Notes: generated by a model from the letters alone, not told the origin. Counted from the stretch's first letter, positions 1-10,771 are shown. The stretch: 64,000 bases of DNA from Candidatus Borrarchaeum weybense (GCA_019057385.1 JAHQJS010000006.1:581038-645037), one strand, 5' to 3'. A program made the numbers and translations.

Positions 1-20
1 ACATCTTTAACTATCACCAT
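1..20 (-). CDS. 5' end of a divergent gene running off the window
   Basis: Minus strand reads GGAGG-ctacga-ATG GTG ATA GTT AAA GAT up to the window edge. Confidence 0.4.
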
Positions 21-201
21 TCGTAGCCTCCTTTTTCACAAAATATACAATTTATTGAATAGACTTCTTAGAGGAAACCGGTTAGGGTTTCTTCTTAAAA
101 AGATTACTATTGAAGTTTCCTCATTGAGAAACTTATTAAGAATCAAGAACTTTTATTAATAATCAGTTAGTTCAATCCTCAGTCAACTGGATGCTAAGAG
201 A

Positions 202-2199
202 ATGACATCGACGAAAAAAGAAATCTCAATGGTGAATCTTCTTCCAATTCTTATTGGGATAACACAATCACTTCGTTCTCACCCGGAAATAAAGAAAGCA
301 TCTGCAGGACGAGGAACCTTGGCATTTTTCGAACTTTTAAGAAGCTTGGTTGTATTAAACGGACAGCGCGTAACAAAGAACTATATCAAGAAAGCAGCAT
401 TGGTCACCTTACCGCATCGTATTGCAGTTAATTCGCTTAGACCTTCTGAGGAAATAGTTGAAGAGATAATTGATCAGGTTTTAGATAACAAAGAGACTTC
501 GATATCAATTTTACCTCCTTCAGAGGTACCTTTAACTCAAAATAGTCAAACAGAAAATAATGCGCTGCTACGTGAACTTATGAAATTCGTAGGGCAGAAA
601 AATAAAAATCAACAACCAAGTTCCGCTCTAAGACCTGTCCTGCGATCACTTCATCCTGATTTTCCTGGGTATTTTACACAACAGACTCATGGTTTTACCA
701 TTGAAGATTTAGCAAAACTCCTTCAAATGCCTCGCTCTGAATTGGAAAAACAATATCCCACTCTTTCTAACTTCTTCAGTAAACTAAAGCAACTTTATCA
801 ATCACAAACGCCGAGCCAAGAACTTATGAGCTTACTTCATACGTTACCAAATCAACTTGAGCGACTAGGTTTCATAAGAGGAATGAATGAGCATAATTGG
901 CATCCAAGCGCAATTTTTACATTTACTCCTACTGCAATCGACCTAGTTGGCAAAGATATAGTTGAACAATTATTGGGAGCAGCATTTGGACAACTAGTTT
1001 TAGAAAGCGAAATGGAACAAGTGTCACAAGCGAATCAAACGATTACGGAAGATGTTTCAAAAAATCTTTTCCGAGAACTTCTGGAAGCAATTCAAACTAT
1101 TATTGACCAAAGAGGTCTTGCATCGCCCCAGTCTCTATTGAATGAATCTAACGTTAAATCACTAATAGAAGAGCGATTAAGGGAAAGACTTCAAGTTGAA
1201 CCAGACCTGCTAAGGTACGATCACCTTTTGGCAGCTCTTGATGAACTCCAGACACTCTTGGAAAAACTGGAACTAACAGGATATGTCAAATTGAAGGACA
1301 AAATTACACTTACCACGAAAGCTTATGCATTACTCTTTGAAGAACTTATTCCAGAAGTAGAGAAAATTGTCTCTAAGAGTCAAGAGGGTCATAGGTCTAA
1401 AAAAATCATAAGAAAAATAGGTGAACGATCACTAGATATTAGACCATACAAAAATGGGGATAATTATAGGGATATATCTATTCAAAGGACAATTAAGACC
1501 CTCGTACGTCAAGGCAAACAACTTGATGCAGTTAAAAGGAAAGATTTCCAGATTTATCAGAAAAACCCTCCAACAAATATGGCTATAGCAGTTGCACTTG
1601 ATATCAGTTCCAGTATGGGTGAGTTTCAGAAATTGTATTATGCAAGAAAAGCAGCAGTTGGCCTGACATATGCTGCACAACGAAAAGGAGATAAAGTGGG
1701 TGTAATAACTTTTTCAGACCAAGCGCGTGTGTTGACACAACTTTCGTTAGATGTCAATTTAATTCTTAACAAAGTGTTTCAACAAAGGGCTGATGGTAAT
1801 ACTAACATTCAAGAGGCTCTTTTACTCTCAAGACATCTGTTGAATCAAGGAGGATTAAATGGAATTCATAAGCATATAATAATGCTTTCAGATACAGTTC
1901 CAACCACTTATTCCACTCTTAATGAGAATATTGAGGATCATCTTAGGTTTGATCTTCCTGAAAGAAAGCATTATGCATATCAAGCAGCAGTTCATCAAGC
2001 AAAATTATGTCGTCGACAGGATATTTCGCTTTCAATAGTATGTATAAGGCGTGGTCACCATGTTGACGAAAAATTTGCAAGAAAACTTGCTTTAGATATC
2101 GGTCAAGGATCTCTTTATTTCCTTGAGAATGAATCTAGCCTTCTTAAGGCGACTCTCGATGATTATATGACCATAAGAAATAGATATCTTGCTTCCTGA
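202..2199 (+). CDS. VWA-domain protein, ChlD/MoxR-partner type
   Basis: MIDAS DISSSM and later LSD; IRPYKNGD..DISIQRT motif; N-terminus resembles an AAA+ lid (ALVTLPHRI). Confidence 0.8.
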   Translation: MTSTKKEISMVNLLPILIGITQSLRSHPEIKKASAGRGTLAFFELLRSLVVLNGQRVTKNYIKKAALVTLPHRIAVNSLRPSEEIVEEIIDQVLDNKETSISILPPSEVPLTQNSQTENNALLRELMKFVGQKNKNQQPSSALRPVLRSLHPDFPGYFTQQTHGFTIEDLAKLLQMPRSELEKQYPTLSNFFSKLKQLYQSQTPSQELMSLLHTLPNQLERLGFIRGMNEHNWHPSAIFTFTPTAIDLVGKDIVEQLLGAAFGQLVLESEMEQVSQANQTITEDVSKNLFRELLEAIQTIIDQRGLASPQSLLNESNVKSLIEERLRERLQVEPDLLRYDHLLAALDELQTLLEKLELTGYVKLKDKITLTTKAYALLFEELIPEVEKIVSKSQEGHRSKKIIRKIGERSLDIRPYKNGDNYRDISIQRTIKTLVRQGKQLDAVKRKDFQIYQKNPPTNMAIAVALDISSSMGEFQKLYYARKAAVGLTYAAQRKGDKVGVITFSDQARVLTQLSLDVNLILNKVFQQRADGNTNIQEALLLSRHLLNQGGLNGIHKHIIMLSDTVPTTYSTLNENIEDHLRFDLPERKHYAYQAAVHQAKLCRRQDISLSIVCIRRGHHVDEKFARKLALDIGQGSLYFLENESSLLKATLDDYMTIRNRYLAS

Positions 2200-2424
2200 T
2201 AGTAAATAATGATCTTAGCAGTTTTTCACTGATTTTCCACACCTTGAGTATATTACTCTTGAAGAAGTTATCCACTATTCTAAGAGGTCACGTGAGCACT
2301 TTTCTGAGGCCTCAATGTTTAGTCAACCAGATATAAGATACTCTTAAGGATGATCGATGGATTTAGTTATAAATAGGAGATTTTGTTTATTTTTTGGCAT
2401 ACTCTCGGGGGAAAATAGTATTCC

Positions 2425-2809
2425 TTGTGAACTACCTCACGCTAAAGCAGTGGTGCTTTCTTGCTTAGCTACTTGTAAAAACTGTGATTGTTTCATTTCT
2501 TCTGTGCAAAAGCGTTTACTTGCTTCATTTTGTGTTAGTCTTCACTAATCTCTTCACTCTATTGGTAGTGACTTAGCTGCAATCTAGTTTTTAAAACTCT
2601 ACTTCCATATCAAGTTTCAAAATGTAACCAAATTTTTATTAAACACGTCATTACTTAAGTATAACCGCTTAATTAGTTACAGTTTTGATTAATTGAGCAC
2701 ATCTATAAAATGAGGGATAAGCTTGTGGAAGTTCAATTATATATAATTACCTACCTCATTATTTGATAACGGCGAGAAACCCCTTCCGAAAGGGCGAAGT
2801 AGTTCACAA
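2425..2809. mobile_element. IS200/IS605-family remnant bounded by two end-like hairpins, no intact transposase
   Basis: TTGTGAACTACCTCACGCTAAAGCAGTGGTG at 2425-2468 and GAAACCCCTTCCGAAAGGGCGAAGTAGTTCACAA at 2774-2809; hairpin plus GTAGTTCAC terminus typical of IS605 ends. Confidence 0.65.
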
Positions 2810-2959
2810 TACAAGTTTCTATACACTTATGGCGCAGGTCATAGCCAGACTCTCCTTATCTGATTTTCTTTGGAATAATGTTAAAGAGAGTCCTAGAACG
2901 CGTTATATCTCTCTTCTATTACGCAGCAGATCAGGTTACAAAGAAGAAGGTGAGTTAAG

Positions 2960-4177
2960 GTGCAAGTAGAGCGATTTGCAATTCAAATGTTGCTTATAGT
3001 GGGTTTAATCATTATTGTTGGCTTTGTGGCTGGTAAACTTTTCCAAAGACTAAAACTTCCACGAGTGTTGGGCTTCATAGTCTTAGGGCTAATTTTCGGC
3101 AGTGTTGGAGCCATTCCGCCCTCAGCAATAGAAAGTTTACGCCCTATAGTCGATTTGGCTTTAGGGTTCATCGGTTTCAGGATTGGGAGCGAGCTAGATG
3201 TTAAGGAACTATTTAAGACCTCTAAAAAACTCTTTATAATACTCATATGCGAGTCGATAGGCACTTTTGTCCTTGTCACATTAGTATTCAATTTAGTGTT
3301 TGGGCAGTTGTACATTAGCCTAATTTTCGGAGCGATAGCGTCTGCAACAGCCCCTGCAGCTACTGTTGAAGTGATCAGAGAGTACTGCGCAAAAGGAGAG
3401 TTAACCCAAATCATCCTCTACATCCTTGCCTTAGATGATATTATAGCCGTATTATTATTCAATATTGTAATAATTTATGCCTCACCACAGGTCGCATGGA
3501 GTTTGATTACACTTTTTACCCCTCTAATAGAGATTGTCAGCGCTTTCCTATTAGGAGGCTTATTAGGATACGTCCTTGTAAGGGTGGAAGAATTATTTAA
3601 AGATGAAACCGAATGGTTGATATTAACGGTTGCCTCAGTTATACTCTGCACAGGCATGTCTCAATTTTTCGGGTTTTCAAGCATTTTGTCAAATATGGCC
3701 GTTGGAATTACTATGGAGAATCTTCATGCTGTAAAAATTAAACAATTCGAGGAAAAAATTGAAATTATTATGTTGCCACTTTTTATTGGGTTTTTCGTTT
3801 TAACAGGTGCCAAGTTGAATTTAGCGATTCTTGCTGAGGTTATAGAACTTGCAGCTATTTATGTGGGTGCTAGAACTGCAGGAAAGTTAGTAGGTGCATA
3901 TGGAGGCACTAAATTTGCAAATGAATCCTCAAAAATCGCTAATAATCTTGGATTTTCACTCCTCTCTCAAGCTGGTGTGGCATTAGGGCTTGCATATCTT
4001 GCAAGTACCCAACTGGCGCTGCATGGAAATGTTGCTCTTGGTATGCTCATTTTTAACGTAATTACAGCCTCAGTACTTATAACGGATTTATTTGGCCCTC
4101 TTGGTGTTAAATTTTCTCTACATAGCGCTAAGGAAGTTATGTTAGATCAGGAGATGTGGGAAGAGATTGAAACATGA
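2960..4177 (+). CDS. Cation:proton antiporter (Na+/H+ exchanger family)
   Basis: About 12 TM helices; ASATAPAAT, ALDD and SQAGVALGL motifs. Confidence 0.88.
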   Translation: MQVERFAIQMLLIVGLIIIVGFVAGKLFQRLKLPRVLGFIVLGLIFGSVGAIPPSAIESLRPIVDLALGFIGFRIGSELDVKELFKTSKKLFIILICESIGTFVLVTLVFNLVFGQLYISLIFGAIASATAPAATVEVIREYCAKGELTQIILYILALDDIIAVLLFNIVIIYASPQVAWSLITLFTPLIEIVSAFLLGGLLGYVLVRVEELFKDETEWLILTVASVILCTGMSQFFGFSSILSNMAVGITMENLHAVKIKQFEEKIEIIMLPLFIGFFVLTGAKLNLAILAEVIELAAIYVGARTAGKLVGAYGGTKFANESSKIANNLGFSLLSQAGVALGLAYLASTQLALHGNVALGMLIFNVITASVLITDLFGPLGVKFSLHSAKEVMLDQEMWEEIET

Positions 4178-4228
4178 AAGCTATTTTAATCTCACATTGC
4201 AAGCGCGGTATGCTCAAGAAGAGTTTCA

Positions 4229-5536
4229 TTAAATTTGGGTTTCTTCTTTTGAGGTCTGGGTTATTTCCTCACCTTGTATAACTGTAGTTTCATTCATTAT
4301 TTCAGTATCTGACTCCTCACAATCAATATCTTTACTATTCGCTTCACCTGCTCTATTAATCGCATACTTAACCCCTAATGGCCCCATAAACTCCATTATA
4401 AGGACCGCTGCCATGATAACATTAAAAATAAGAAGCCCCATAATTGCTTCATTTGGTCCTATTGGCGTTAATTCGGTTATCGCAATATATGCTAATCCTA
4501 AAGCAACACCAGCTTGTGCAAGTAGGCCAAAGCCTAGATTTGTTGAGATTTTTGTATCCATTTTTGCTATACGTGCGCCACCGAAACTTCCAAGTATTTT
4601 CCCAGCAGTTCTTCCGATTATATAAAGAGCTGCAATGATTCCGACCTCAAGCAGTATACTGAAATTTAGATGGGCCCCAGTAAGCACAAAAAAACTGATG
4701 AAAATTGGTACTATTAGGACTTCAAGTTTTTCTTCTATGGGCTTAATAGAACTTCCCTTGAAGTTCGCCATCGTCACTCCCAAGGCCATGTTGGTCAAAA
4801 TGCTTGAAAATCCAAAGGTTTCAGCTAAACCAGCACACAAAATGACACTACCTAAAGTCAAAATAATCAATTCGATTTCTTCCGTAAACTGCAGTTCTAG
4901 ATAAGTCAAAATCACTCCTAATCCAACGCCAATAACAACAGCGATACCAATTTCTAATAATGGCTGTAGAATCAGAGTTATAAGCGAAATTACTCCGCTT
5001 GCCAAAGAAAATTTTACGTAGCTGAATACAAAGCTGAATAACAATACTGCCAATACATTATCCAACGCCATCACAAAAAGAATCGTCTGAGTCAGGTCGC
5101 CTTTTGCACAACATTCTTTGATCACCTCGATTGTTGCAGCGGGAGCTGTCGCAGAGGCTAAAGCCCCAAATATAAGGGCTAGATAAAGATTTGCACTCCA
5201 AGCAAAAACCAGTAATGTTACAAGCGCGAACGTGCCCATCGCTTCACACATAAGGATAATGAAGAGTTTTTTTCTTCCTTTGATAACCTTGCTGACATCA
5301 AATTCTGTGCCCACGGTGAATCCTATAAACCCTAACGCTAAATCGACGAGTGGTTGTAAATTTTCAAGTATGTCTGCATGTAGGATGAAAAGGACTGATT
5401 CCCCAAGAATTAAGCCAATAACAATAAATCCTAAAACCCGTGGAATTCTTATTTTTTGGAAGAGCTTGCCTGCTGTAAAACCTCCAATGATGATTAGACC
5501 GCCAAGGAGTAAAATTCTCAAGTCAATCTGTTGCAT
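4229..5536 (-). CDS. Cation:proton antiporter paralog
   Basis: Highly similar to 2960-4177; start placed at ATG 5536 (MQQIDLRILL) by alignment to the paralog; ALDN replaces ALDD. Confidence 0.85.
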   Translation of the reverse strand: MQQIDLRILLLGGLIIIGGFTAGKLFQKIRIPRVLGFIVIGLILGESVLFILHADILENLQPLVDLALGFIGFTVGTEFDVSKVIKGRKKLFIILMCEAMGTFALVTLLVFAWSANLYLALIFGALASATAPAATIEVIKECCAKGDLTQTILFVMALDNVLAVLLFSFVFSYVKFSLASGVISLITLILQPLLEIGIAVVIGVGLGVILTYLELQFTEEIELIILTLGSVILCAGLAETFGFSSILTNMALGVTMANFKGSSIKPIEEKLEVLIVPIFISFFVLTGAHLNFSILLEVGIIAALYIIGRTAGKILGSFGGARIAKMDTKISTNLGFGLLAQAGVALGLAYIAITELTPIGPNEAIMGLLIFNVIMAAVLIMEFMGPLGVKYAINRAGEANSKDIDCEESDTEIMNETTVIQGEEITQTSKEETQI

Positions 5537-5830
5537 AATCTTTCTTTCCGTTCTTAATAAGCAGCTAATAAACCGTATCGTTTTCTTACTTAGTCCCGCA
5601 AGAAACCGCAGGAGTTCTTGATGCAACCCCTACCCGATAAATGATTACTCTTCTTGATAACTCTTTCGAAGGGTAACTAAAACAAACGTTAAAAATCTAT
5701 AATAAACATTCATCTATCATCTATCTCCATCTATTTACAAACACGGATGATGTCCCACACTTTTTCAGGTGTATCTTGTGAGCTTTGAAAATGCATAAAA
5801 AATAAGAAGTATGGTGCCGTTTCTTACCAT

Positions 5831-6268
5831 ATGGTTTCAAAGAAAGTTCATTGTGTCTTAGCTGTTGTTGCAGGTATAATTGCCCTCCTTGCGGGTTTGA
5901 CAGGATCTATCGGTTTATATGGTCCACTCCTTACGCTTGCGACTGATTATGCCCCTGCTGAATATGCTTCCATACTAGGACTGATTCTTTTAATTTTGAC
6001 CATCTTCGCTGCTCTTGGAGGCGCCATTGTAATTCTTGGTGGCCTGCTAATTCTAGCAAATCGATTCTTTATAGGACGATTTTGCATTGGTATGGGAATT
6101 GGCTTCGAAGCAATGAGCGCAATTTTTGAAGTAGTGTTAGTAGCGATTGGAGGTTCATTTATTACCGCATTAGTGAGTTTTGTTGTTTTATTAACCACAT
6201 TAACTGGGATTGCATTCATTTGTGCAATAGTTGCACTTGTAGTCCCCATTAGTAAAGAAAAAGTATAA
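5831..6268 (+). CDS. Small Gly-rich ~4-TM membrane protein (paralog 1 of 3)
   Basis: GG..VI.GG.LI and GRF.IG.GIG motifs shared with the next two genes. Confidence 0.8.
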   Translation: MVSKKVHCVLAVVAGIIALLAGLTGSIGLYGPLLTLATDYAPAEYASILGLILLILTIFAALGGAIVILGGLLILANRFFIGRFCIGMGIGFEAMSAIFEVVLVAIGGSFITALVSFVVLLTTLTGIAFICAIVALVVPISKEKV

Positions 6269-6376
6269 TCGTTTTTGACCATACCGCATCACTTTTTACT
6301 AAGTTCATGCATGATTTTTTATAGTAAACTTAAAACAGAATAAAAAGAAAAAGTATGGAATTGTTGGAGGTATTTT

Positions 6377-6802
6377 ATGAAATCCAATGTGCCAGGATTC
6401 CTCGCAATTATAGCCGGAGTTATCGGAGTAATTGCAGGAATAGTAGGCTCTACTGGTTTTTATGCAACAGTCTTTGCAATAGCTGCCGAGTTAGCTCCAG
6501 CATCAGCGGTGATACTTGGCTGGGTTCTAGCGATTTTAGACTTCTTAGCATCTCTTGGAGGCATAACGGTGATCATAGGAGGCGTTTTAATCTTAGCTTA
6601 CAAGATCGGACTTGGAAAATTCTTGATAGGTCTTGGCATAGGCATGTCTCTTATAGGAATTATCATTAGTATAGTCATAGCTGCCGTTGGTGGCGCTGCA
6701 ATTGCTGCAATATTCGGCTTGGTTGCCGTAATAATTACGCTAAAAGGTATAGCGATAGTTTTATCGATTATTGCAAGACAATTATGTAGAAAAGTCGAGT
6801 AA
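6377..6802 (+). CDS. Small Gly-rich ~4-TM membrane protein (paralog 2)
   Basis: SD GGAGG; same motifs; C-terminal LSIIAR. Confidence 0.8.
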   Translation: MKSNVPGFLAIIAGVIGVIAGIVGSTGFYATVFAIAAELAPASAVILGWVLAILDFLASLGGITVIIGGVLILAYKIGLGKFLIGLGIGMSLIGIIISIVIAAVGGAAIAAIFGLVAVIITLKGIAIVLSIIARQLCRKVE

Positions 6803-6904
6803 CAGTACTTCCTTTTCCTATTTTTTTACCATTATTCGATTTTACTCTTTAATGCACAGAAATCAAAAATTAGAAAAAGAAAGCGCTGGATAGAGGTTAT
6901 TGTT

Positions 6905-7357
6905 ATGAAGAGTGTAGTACCGGGATTAATTGCAATTATTGCAGGAATCTTAGCTTTACTTACTAATATATCAGGGCTTGCAGGCTTTGGTACATATGTA
7001 ATTGTTTTTCAGATTGTTGCAATAATTCTTGTGGCCGTCTTTGGAGGACCTCCCCCACCAATTGTCGTAATTCTTGTAGTAATTGTTTTTTTGATCTTAT
7101 TTTTCCTTGCCGCTGCTGGAGGTTTCACTGTCATTGTAGGAGGCCTCTTAATTTGGTTATCTAAGCGACTTGTACTTGGAAGATTCTTAATCGGAATAGG
7201 CATTGGAGCTGGTTTGATAAGCCTCATATTTTTCCTAATAGTAGCCGCAATTTTAGGAGTTCTTGTTTTGGCGATATTTCTCATGTTATTCTCGCTAAGA
7301 GGATTAGCGATTATCTTGTCTATAATTGCCAGAAGATTGTCAAGAAAAGTCAAGTAA
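6905..7357 (+). CDS. Small Gly-rich ~4-TM membrane protein (paralog 3)
   Basis: MKSVVPG N-terminus and LSIIARR C-terminus match paralog 2. Confidence 0.8.
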   Translation: MKSVVPGLIAIIAGILALLTNISGLAGFGTYVIVFQIVAIILVAVFGGPPPPIVVILVVIVFLILFFLAAAGGFTVIVGGLLIWLSKRLVLGRFLIGIGIGAGLISLIFFLIVAAILGVLVLAIFLMLFSLRGLAIILSIIARRLSRKVK

Positions 7358-7645
7358 GGAAATATTGATTTCTCATTCTTTTTTTCTACAATCTGATTTT
7401 TTTCCGAGTTATAGTTGCTTATAAGTTAGGTTTAGTTTCCATATCAGCGATATTTAACTGAAAATGCACAATAGCTCGACTTTCTTTTTACAAAAATGAT
7501 TAGATGAACCTGAAACCATTAACCTTATATCTGAAAAAAATGGGTTAGAACCACCATTTGAAAGTACAACTATCCTCTTTTAAAATTAGTTAAAAATCGA
7601 TTTCTATAATTCAGCTGTAAATTGGTCAATGGGAGGCTAATCTTT

Positions 7646-8593
7646 GTGATAACTCTTCTATATGGAGGCTCGCGGACGGCAAAATTCTTAGAGGGGCTTT
7701 TAAGGATTATTGACCAAGAAAATTTTTCAATTATAGCAAATACCCTAAATACAGCAGAGGTTTTTGGCTTAGAAATTCACCCAAATCTCGAATATTTGCT
7801 ATTTCTCCTGGCCGGAAAGTTAGATATTCGGTATTGGAAAACAATTCTAGGAGATACTTACAGTTTTATGAATTCGTTATCTTATCTAAAGGAAAATGAA
7901 GAAAATTTATGGTTTAGGTTTGGAGATACCCTCATTGCGCAGGTTGTCTTTCGTGATTATCTTATGAGTCAAGGAAAGTCTTTTTCAGAAGCTATCGAAA
8001 TAATCGCACAGAAACTAGACATTACCGCGCAAATTATTCCACTGACAGATGATAAGGCTACATTCAAAGTTGTTACAGATAAGGGGACGTTACCGTTCTT
8101 AGAATACCGAAATAAGGAGAATCAGGGTCTTATTAAAGAAGTAAAGAAGATTGAACTTAATGGAATCGATAAAGCAAAAGTGAGCCCTAAAGTAAGTGAA
8201 GCTTTGTCTCGCTGTGATACAATAATAATTGGACCTAGTAGTCCTCCAATATATATTGAGCCGATGTTAGCCTTTAATGACATAAAACACGCGTTAGAAA
8301 CTGCGAGTTGTAATGTTATTGCGATCAGTCCTGCTATAGGTGATGAACCAATGGAGGAACCGATCAAAAGAATTATAGAAGCTTTGGGACACGGGACTTC
8401 ACTAATTGAAATTGTTGAAAGATATCCAGGGCTTATCGACACGTTAATTATTGATAAATCAGACGAAAAACACAAGGAGCAACTTGAAGAGATGGGCATG
8501 GAAGTAATTGTTACATCAGTGAATCTTGGTGACTATGAACATAGAACTCAATTAGCCGAGCTTGTTTCTAAGTTGTTACTTCCTAAGGTTTAA
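7646..8593 (+). CDS. CofD-like 2-phospho-L-lactate transferase homolog with degenerate motifs
   Basis: GG..AKF.EGL, WFRFGD, IIIGPS.P and IAISP; GTG start at 7646 after GGGAGG. Confidence 0.75.
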   Translation: MITLLYGGSRTAKFLEGLLRIIDQENFSIIANTLNTAEVFGLEIHPNLEYLLFLLAGKLDIRYWKTILGDTYSFMNSLSYLKENEENLWFRFGDTLIAQVVFRDYLMSQGKSFSEAIEIIAQKLDITAQIIPLTDDKATFKVVTDKGTLPFLEYRNKENQGLIKEVKKIELNGIDKAKVSPKVSEALSRCDTIIIGPSSPPIYIEPMLAFNDIKHALETASCNVIAISPAIGDEPMEEPIKRIIEALGHGTSLIEIVERYPGLIDTLIIDKSDEKHKEQLEEMGMEVIVTSVNLGDYEHRTQLAELVSKLLLPKV

Positions 8594-8852
8594 TCTAATC
8601 GCTATAATATAAAATTCTTCACGTTATTTTTAACTAATTTTTTAAAAATAGATATATTACAATTATTTACTCTATCCATGCGTTTTCATGCACGAAACGT
8701 TTTTAATGTAATGTTTATACTATTATTTTGGATAATGAATCTTTTCCTTCTCTAGGAAAATGTCAATTTGTAGGAGAGATTATGAAAATTAGTGATAAAA
8801 TCATCTTTTCAGATGAAATTATCGCTTAAGGATTTAGGAGGGTATATAGAAT

Positions 8853-9320
8853 ATGTCTATTGAAAGAAGACGAAGAAGACGCGATTTAATTCCCAGGGAT
8901 CCATTTGATATTATCAGACGATTTAGGACGGATTTAGAGGATGTGTTTCAGGATTTTATGGGAGGCTTCGGTCCTGGTTTTTCCGAGATAATGGAATTTC
9001 GATCTGCTCCAATCGACATCCAGGAAACTGAAACTGAAATAATCGTTAAGGCAGATATTCCTGGGTTTGAGAAAGAGAATATTGACCTAGAAATAACTGG
9101 AGATCGACTAAGAATCAAAGCGGAATCTGAAACAGGAAAAGAAGAGGAAGAAAAAGGTTACCATAGACGAGAAAGATCTAGGAAGTCAGTTTACCGTGAA
9201 ATTCTTCTTCCAAAGAATACAAAGCCAGAAGAATCGAAGGCATCATACAAGAACGGTGTTTTAAAAGTTATTTTGACTAAAACTGAAGATGCAAAAGGAA
9301 AGAAATTGGAAATCGAATAA
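8853..9320 (+). CDS. hsp20: Small heat-shock protein (Hsp20/alpha-crystallin)
   Basis: PIDIQET, ADIPGFEKENI, RRER and ASYKNGVLKV; SD GGAGG. Confidence 0.95.
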   Translation: MSIERRRRRRDLIPRDPFDIIRRFRTDLEDVFQDFMGGFGPGFSEIMEFRSAPIDIQETETEIIVKADIPGFEKENIDLEITGDRLRIKAESETGKEEEEKGYHRRERSRKSVYREILLPKNTKPEESKASYKNGVLKVILTKTEDAKGKKLEIE

Positions 9321-9345
9321 AAATGTTTGGAACAATCTATTAACT

Positions 9346-9393
9346 CGTTTTTGGTTCTTTTCCTTTTCCTTTTCCTTTTCCTTTTTACCTTTT
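9346..9393 (+). terminator. Pyrimidine/T-rich terminator with (CCTTTT)n repeats
   Basis: Four tandem CCTTTT units after hsp20, between convergent genes. Confidence 0.5.
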
Positions 9394-9399
9394 CACTGA

Positions 9400-9993
9400 C
9401 TAAGCTTGCTTAATTGCTTCATAGTAACGAATTACAATCTCTCTGCAGAGCTGGATGAATGCACGTTTAACATTAAGCCCATCTACTGCTATTGTTTCAT
9501 AAACTAGGATATCACTGAATCCATTGTCAAAGACGTTGTCAAAGACATTTCGAACCTCATCTTTAGTTACAGTATTTGGCAAATCTCGTTTATTAACCAT
9601 AATTATAACTGGTGTTTTAGATCCATTTTCTTCATGGATAAGAAAATCTTTTAGCTCATTTACAGACCAAATGTTGTCGTCCCAAAATTCTTTCTGTGCA
9701 TCCCAGACGAAAATTACCCCATCCACACCTTGGAGAATGACTTTTCTTTGACCCTTATGCCTTTTCTGTCCAGCTACAGTATATACCTGAAACGTAATTT
9801 TGCCGACGCCAGCAACTGCTCTATCAAAGAATAAAGTACGCCCTGTCGGATCAGCAATGGATTGTAAATCACCTTTTATCAATTCAGGGTCATTTTTGCT
9901 GAGCCAAAAAACAGATGTAGTCTTTCCTCCCATTGAGGGACCCCAATATACAATTTTGAAAACTAGTTTTCCATCAGGAGTTTTGATTGGCAT
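9400..9993 (-). CDS. MglA-family small GTPase
   Basis: KIVYWGPSMGGKTT (G1), RTLFFD (G2), TVAGQ (MglA-type G3), NKRD (G4). Confidence 0.9.
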   Translation of the reverse strand: MPIKTPDGKLVFKIVYWGPSMGGKTTSVFWLSKNDPELIKGDLQSIADPTGRTLFFDRAVAGVGKITFQVYTVAGQKRHKGQRKVILQGVDGVIFVWDAQKEFWDDNIWSVNELKDFLIHEENGSKTPVIIMVNKRDLPNTVTKDEVRNVFDNVFDNGFSDILVYETIAVDGLNVKRAFIQLCREIVIRYYEAIKQA

Positions 9994-10201
9994 TTTTTTT
10001 ACGCCTCTTGTTTTCGAAAGAAGACAAAAGCTAGTTTTGATTATCGAATCAAAGTATTGTCCTTACTGTATTTTTTTGGCTCAACTTTTTTATAAAATGT
10101 GGGAAAAATGACCGCAGCTCTCTAGAATTCTCTCTCTCCTAACAACTAAGGAGCAAAAAAGCATTTTTGGTAATATATTGAGTTAGAGAATTCTAATTGG
10201 T

Positions 10202-10771
10202 CTAATTCTCAAGTTTTTCTGCGATTATTGTTAACGCATCGATTTTTTTGTACATATCTTTTATCAAAGTATGTAACTCTTTGATTTGTGTCTTGAGTAC
10301 CTGAATATGTTCAAATGTTTCTTCTGAACGATTGGAGTCTTCAATTGATGTTTTTGATGTAGTTGTAGTTATTGAGGATGATGTTGTTGTTAATTCACTT
10401 GCTGGTGGAGTAATAATTTCCTCTACTAATGGCTGTAAAGATATTGGAGGAGTATGTTCTTCAATCTCAATTAGGTCTGACGATTTTTCTACTACCACTG
10501 GCGTGGTTGACACTCCACTCAATTCCTCCAATAATTCTCCAACAATTCTACTGAGAATTCTGGGATTCAACTCAAAGCCTTCAGACAGAATAATATCTTC
10601 TAGAATTGAATTAACCGTCTTAGCGTCTAAGGAGGGACAAATTTTTTCTATTGCAGGCCATTTTCCTTTAATTAAACTTAGCTTGCCGTTTTTTGATGTG
10701 GGGTGTGGATGTAATTGAACAGAATATGACGTGCCAGGCAATTTCCTTGTAGGTACACTCAATCTATTCAC
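10202..10771 (-). CDS. Hypothetical protein with Thr/Ser-rich linker and C-terminal coiled coil
   Basis: 189-aa ORF with SD GAGG; upstream of and co-oriented with the GTPase. Confidence 0.65.
   Translation of the reverse strand: MNRLSVPTRKLPGTSYSVQLHPHPTSKNGKLSLIKGKWPAIEKICPSLDAKTVNSILEDIILSEGFELNPRILSRIVGELLEELSGVSTTPVVVEKSSDLIEIEEHTPPISLQPLVEEIITPPASELTTTSSSITTTTSKTSIEDSNRSEETFEHIQVLKTQIKELHTLIKDMYKKIDALTIIAEKLEN

Noticed and set aside
2652-2661. TACTTAAGTA in the host region
   Set aside because: Single AT-rich copy, consistent with chance
2357-2969. ORFs 2357-2548, 2763-2969 and 10835-11062 sharing CELPHAKAVV or similar
   Set aside because: These are translations of IS-end DNA, not genes
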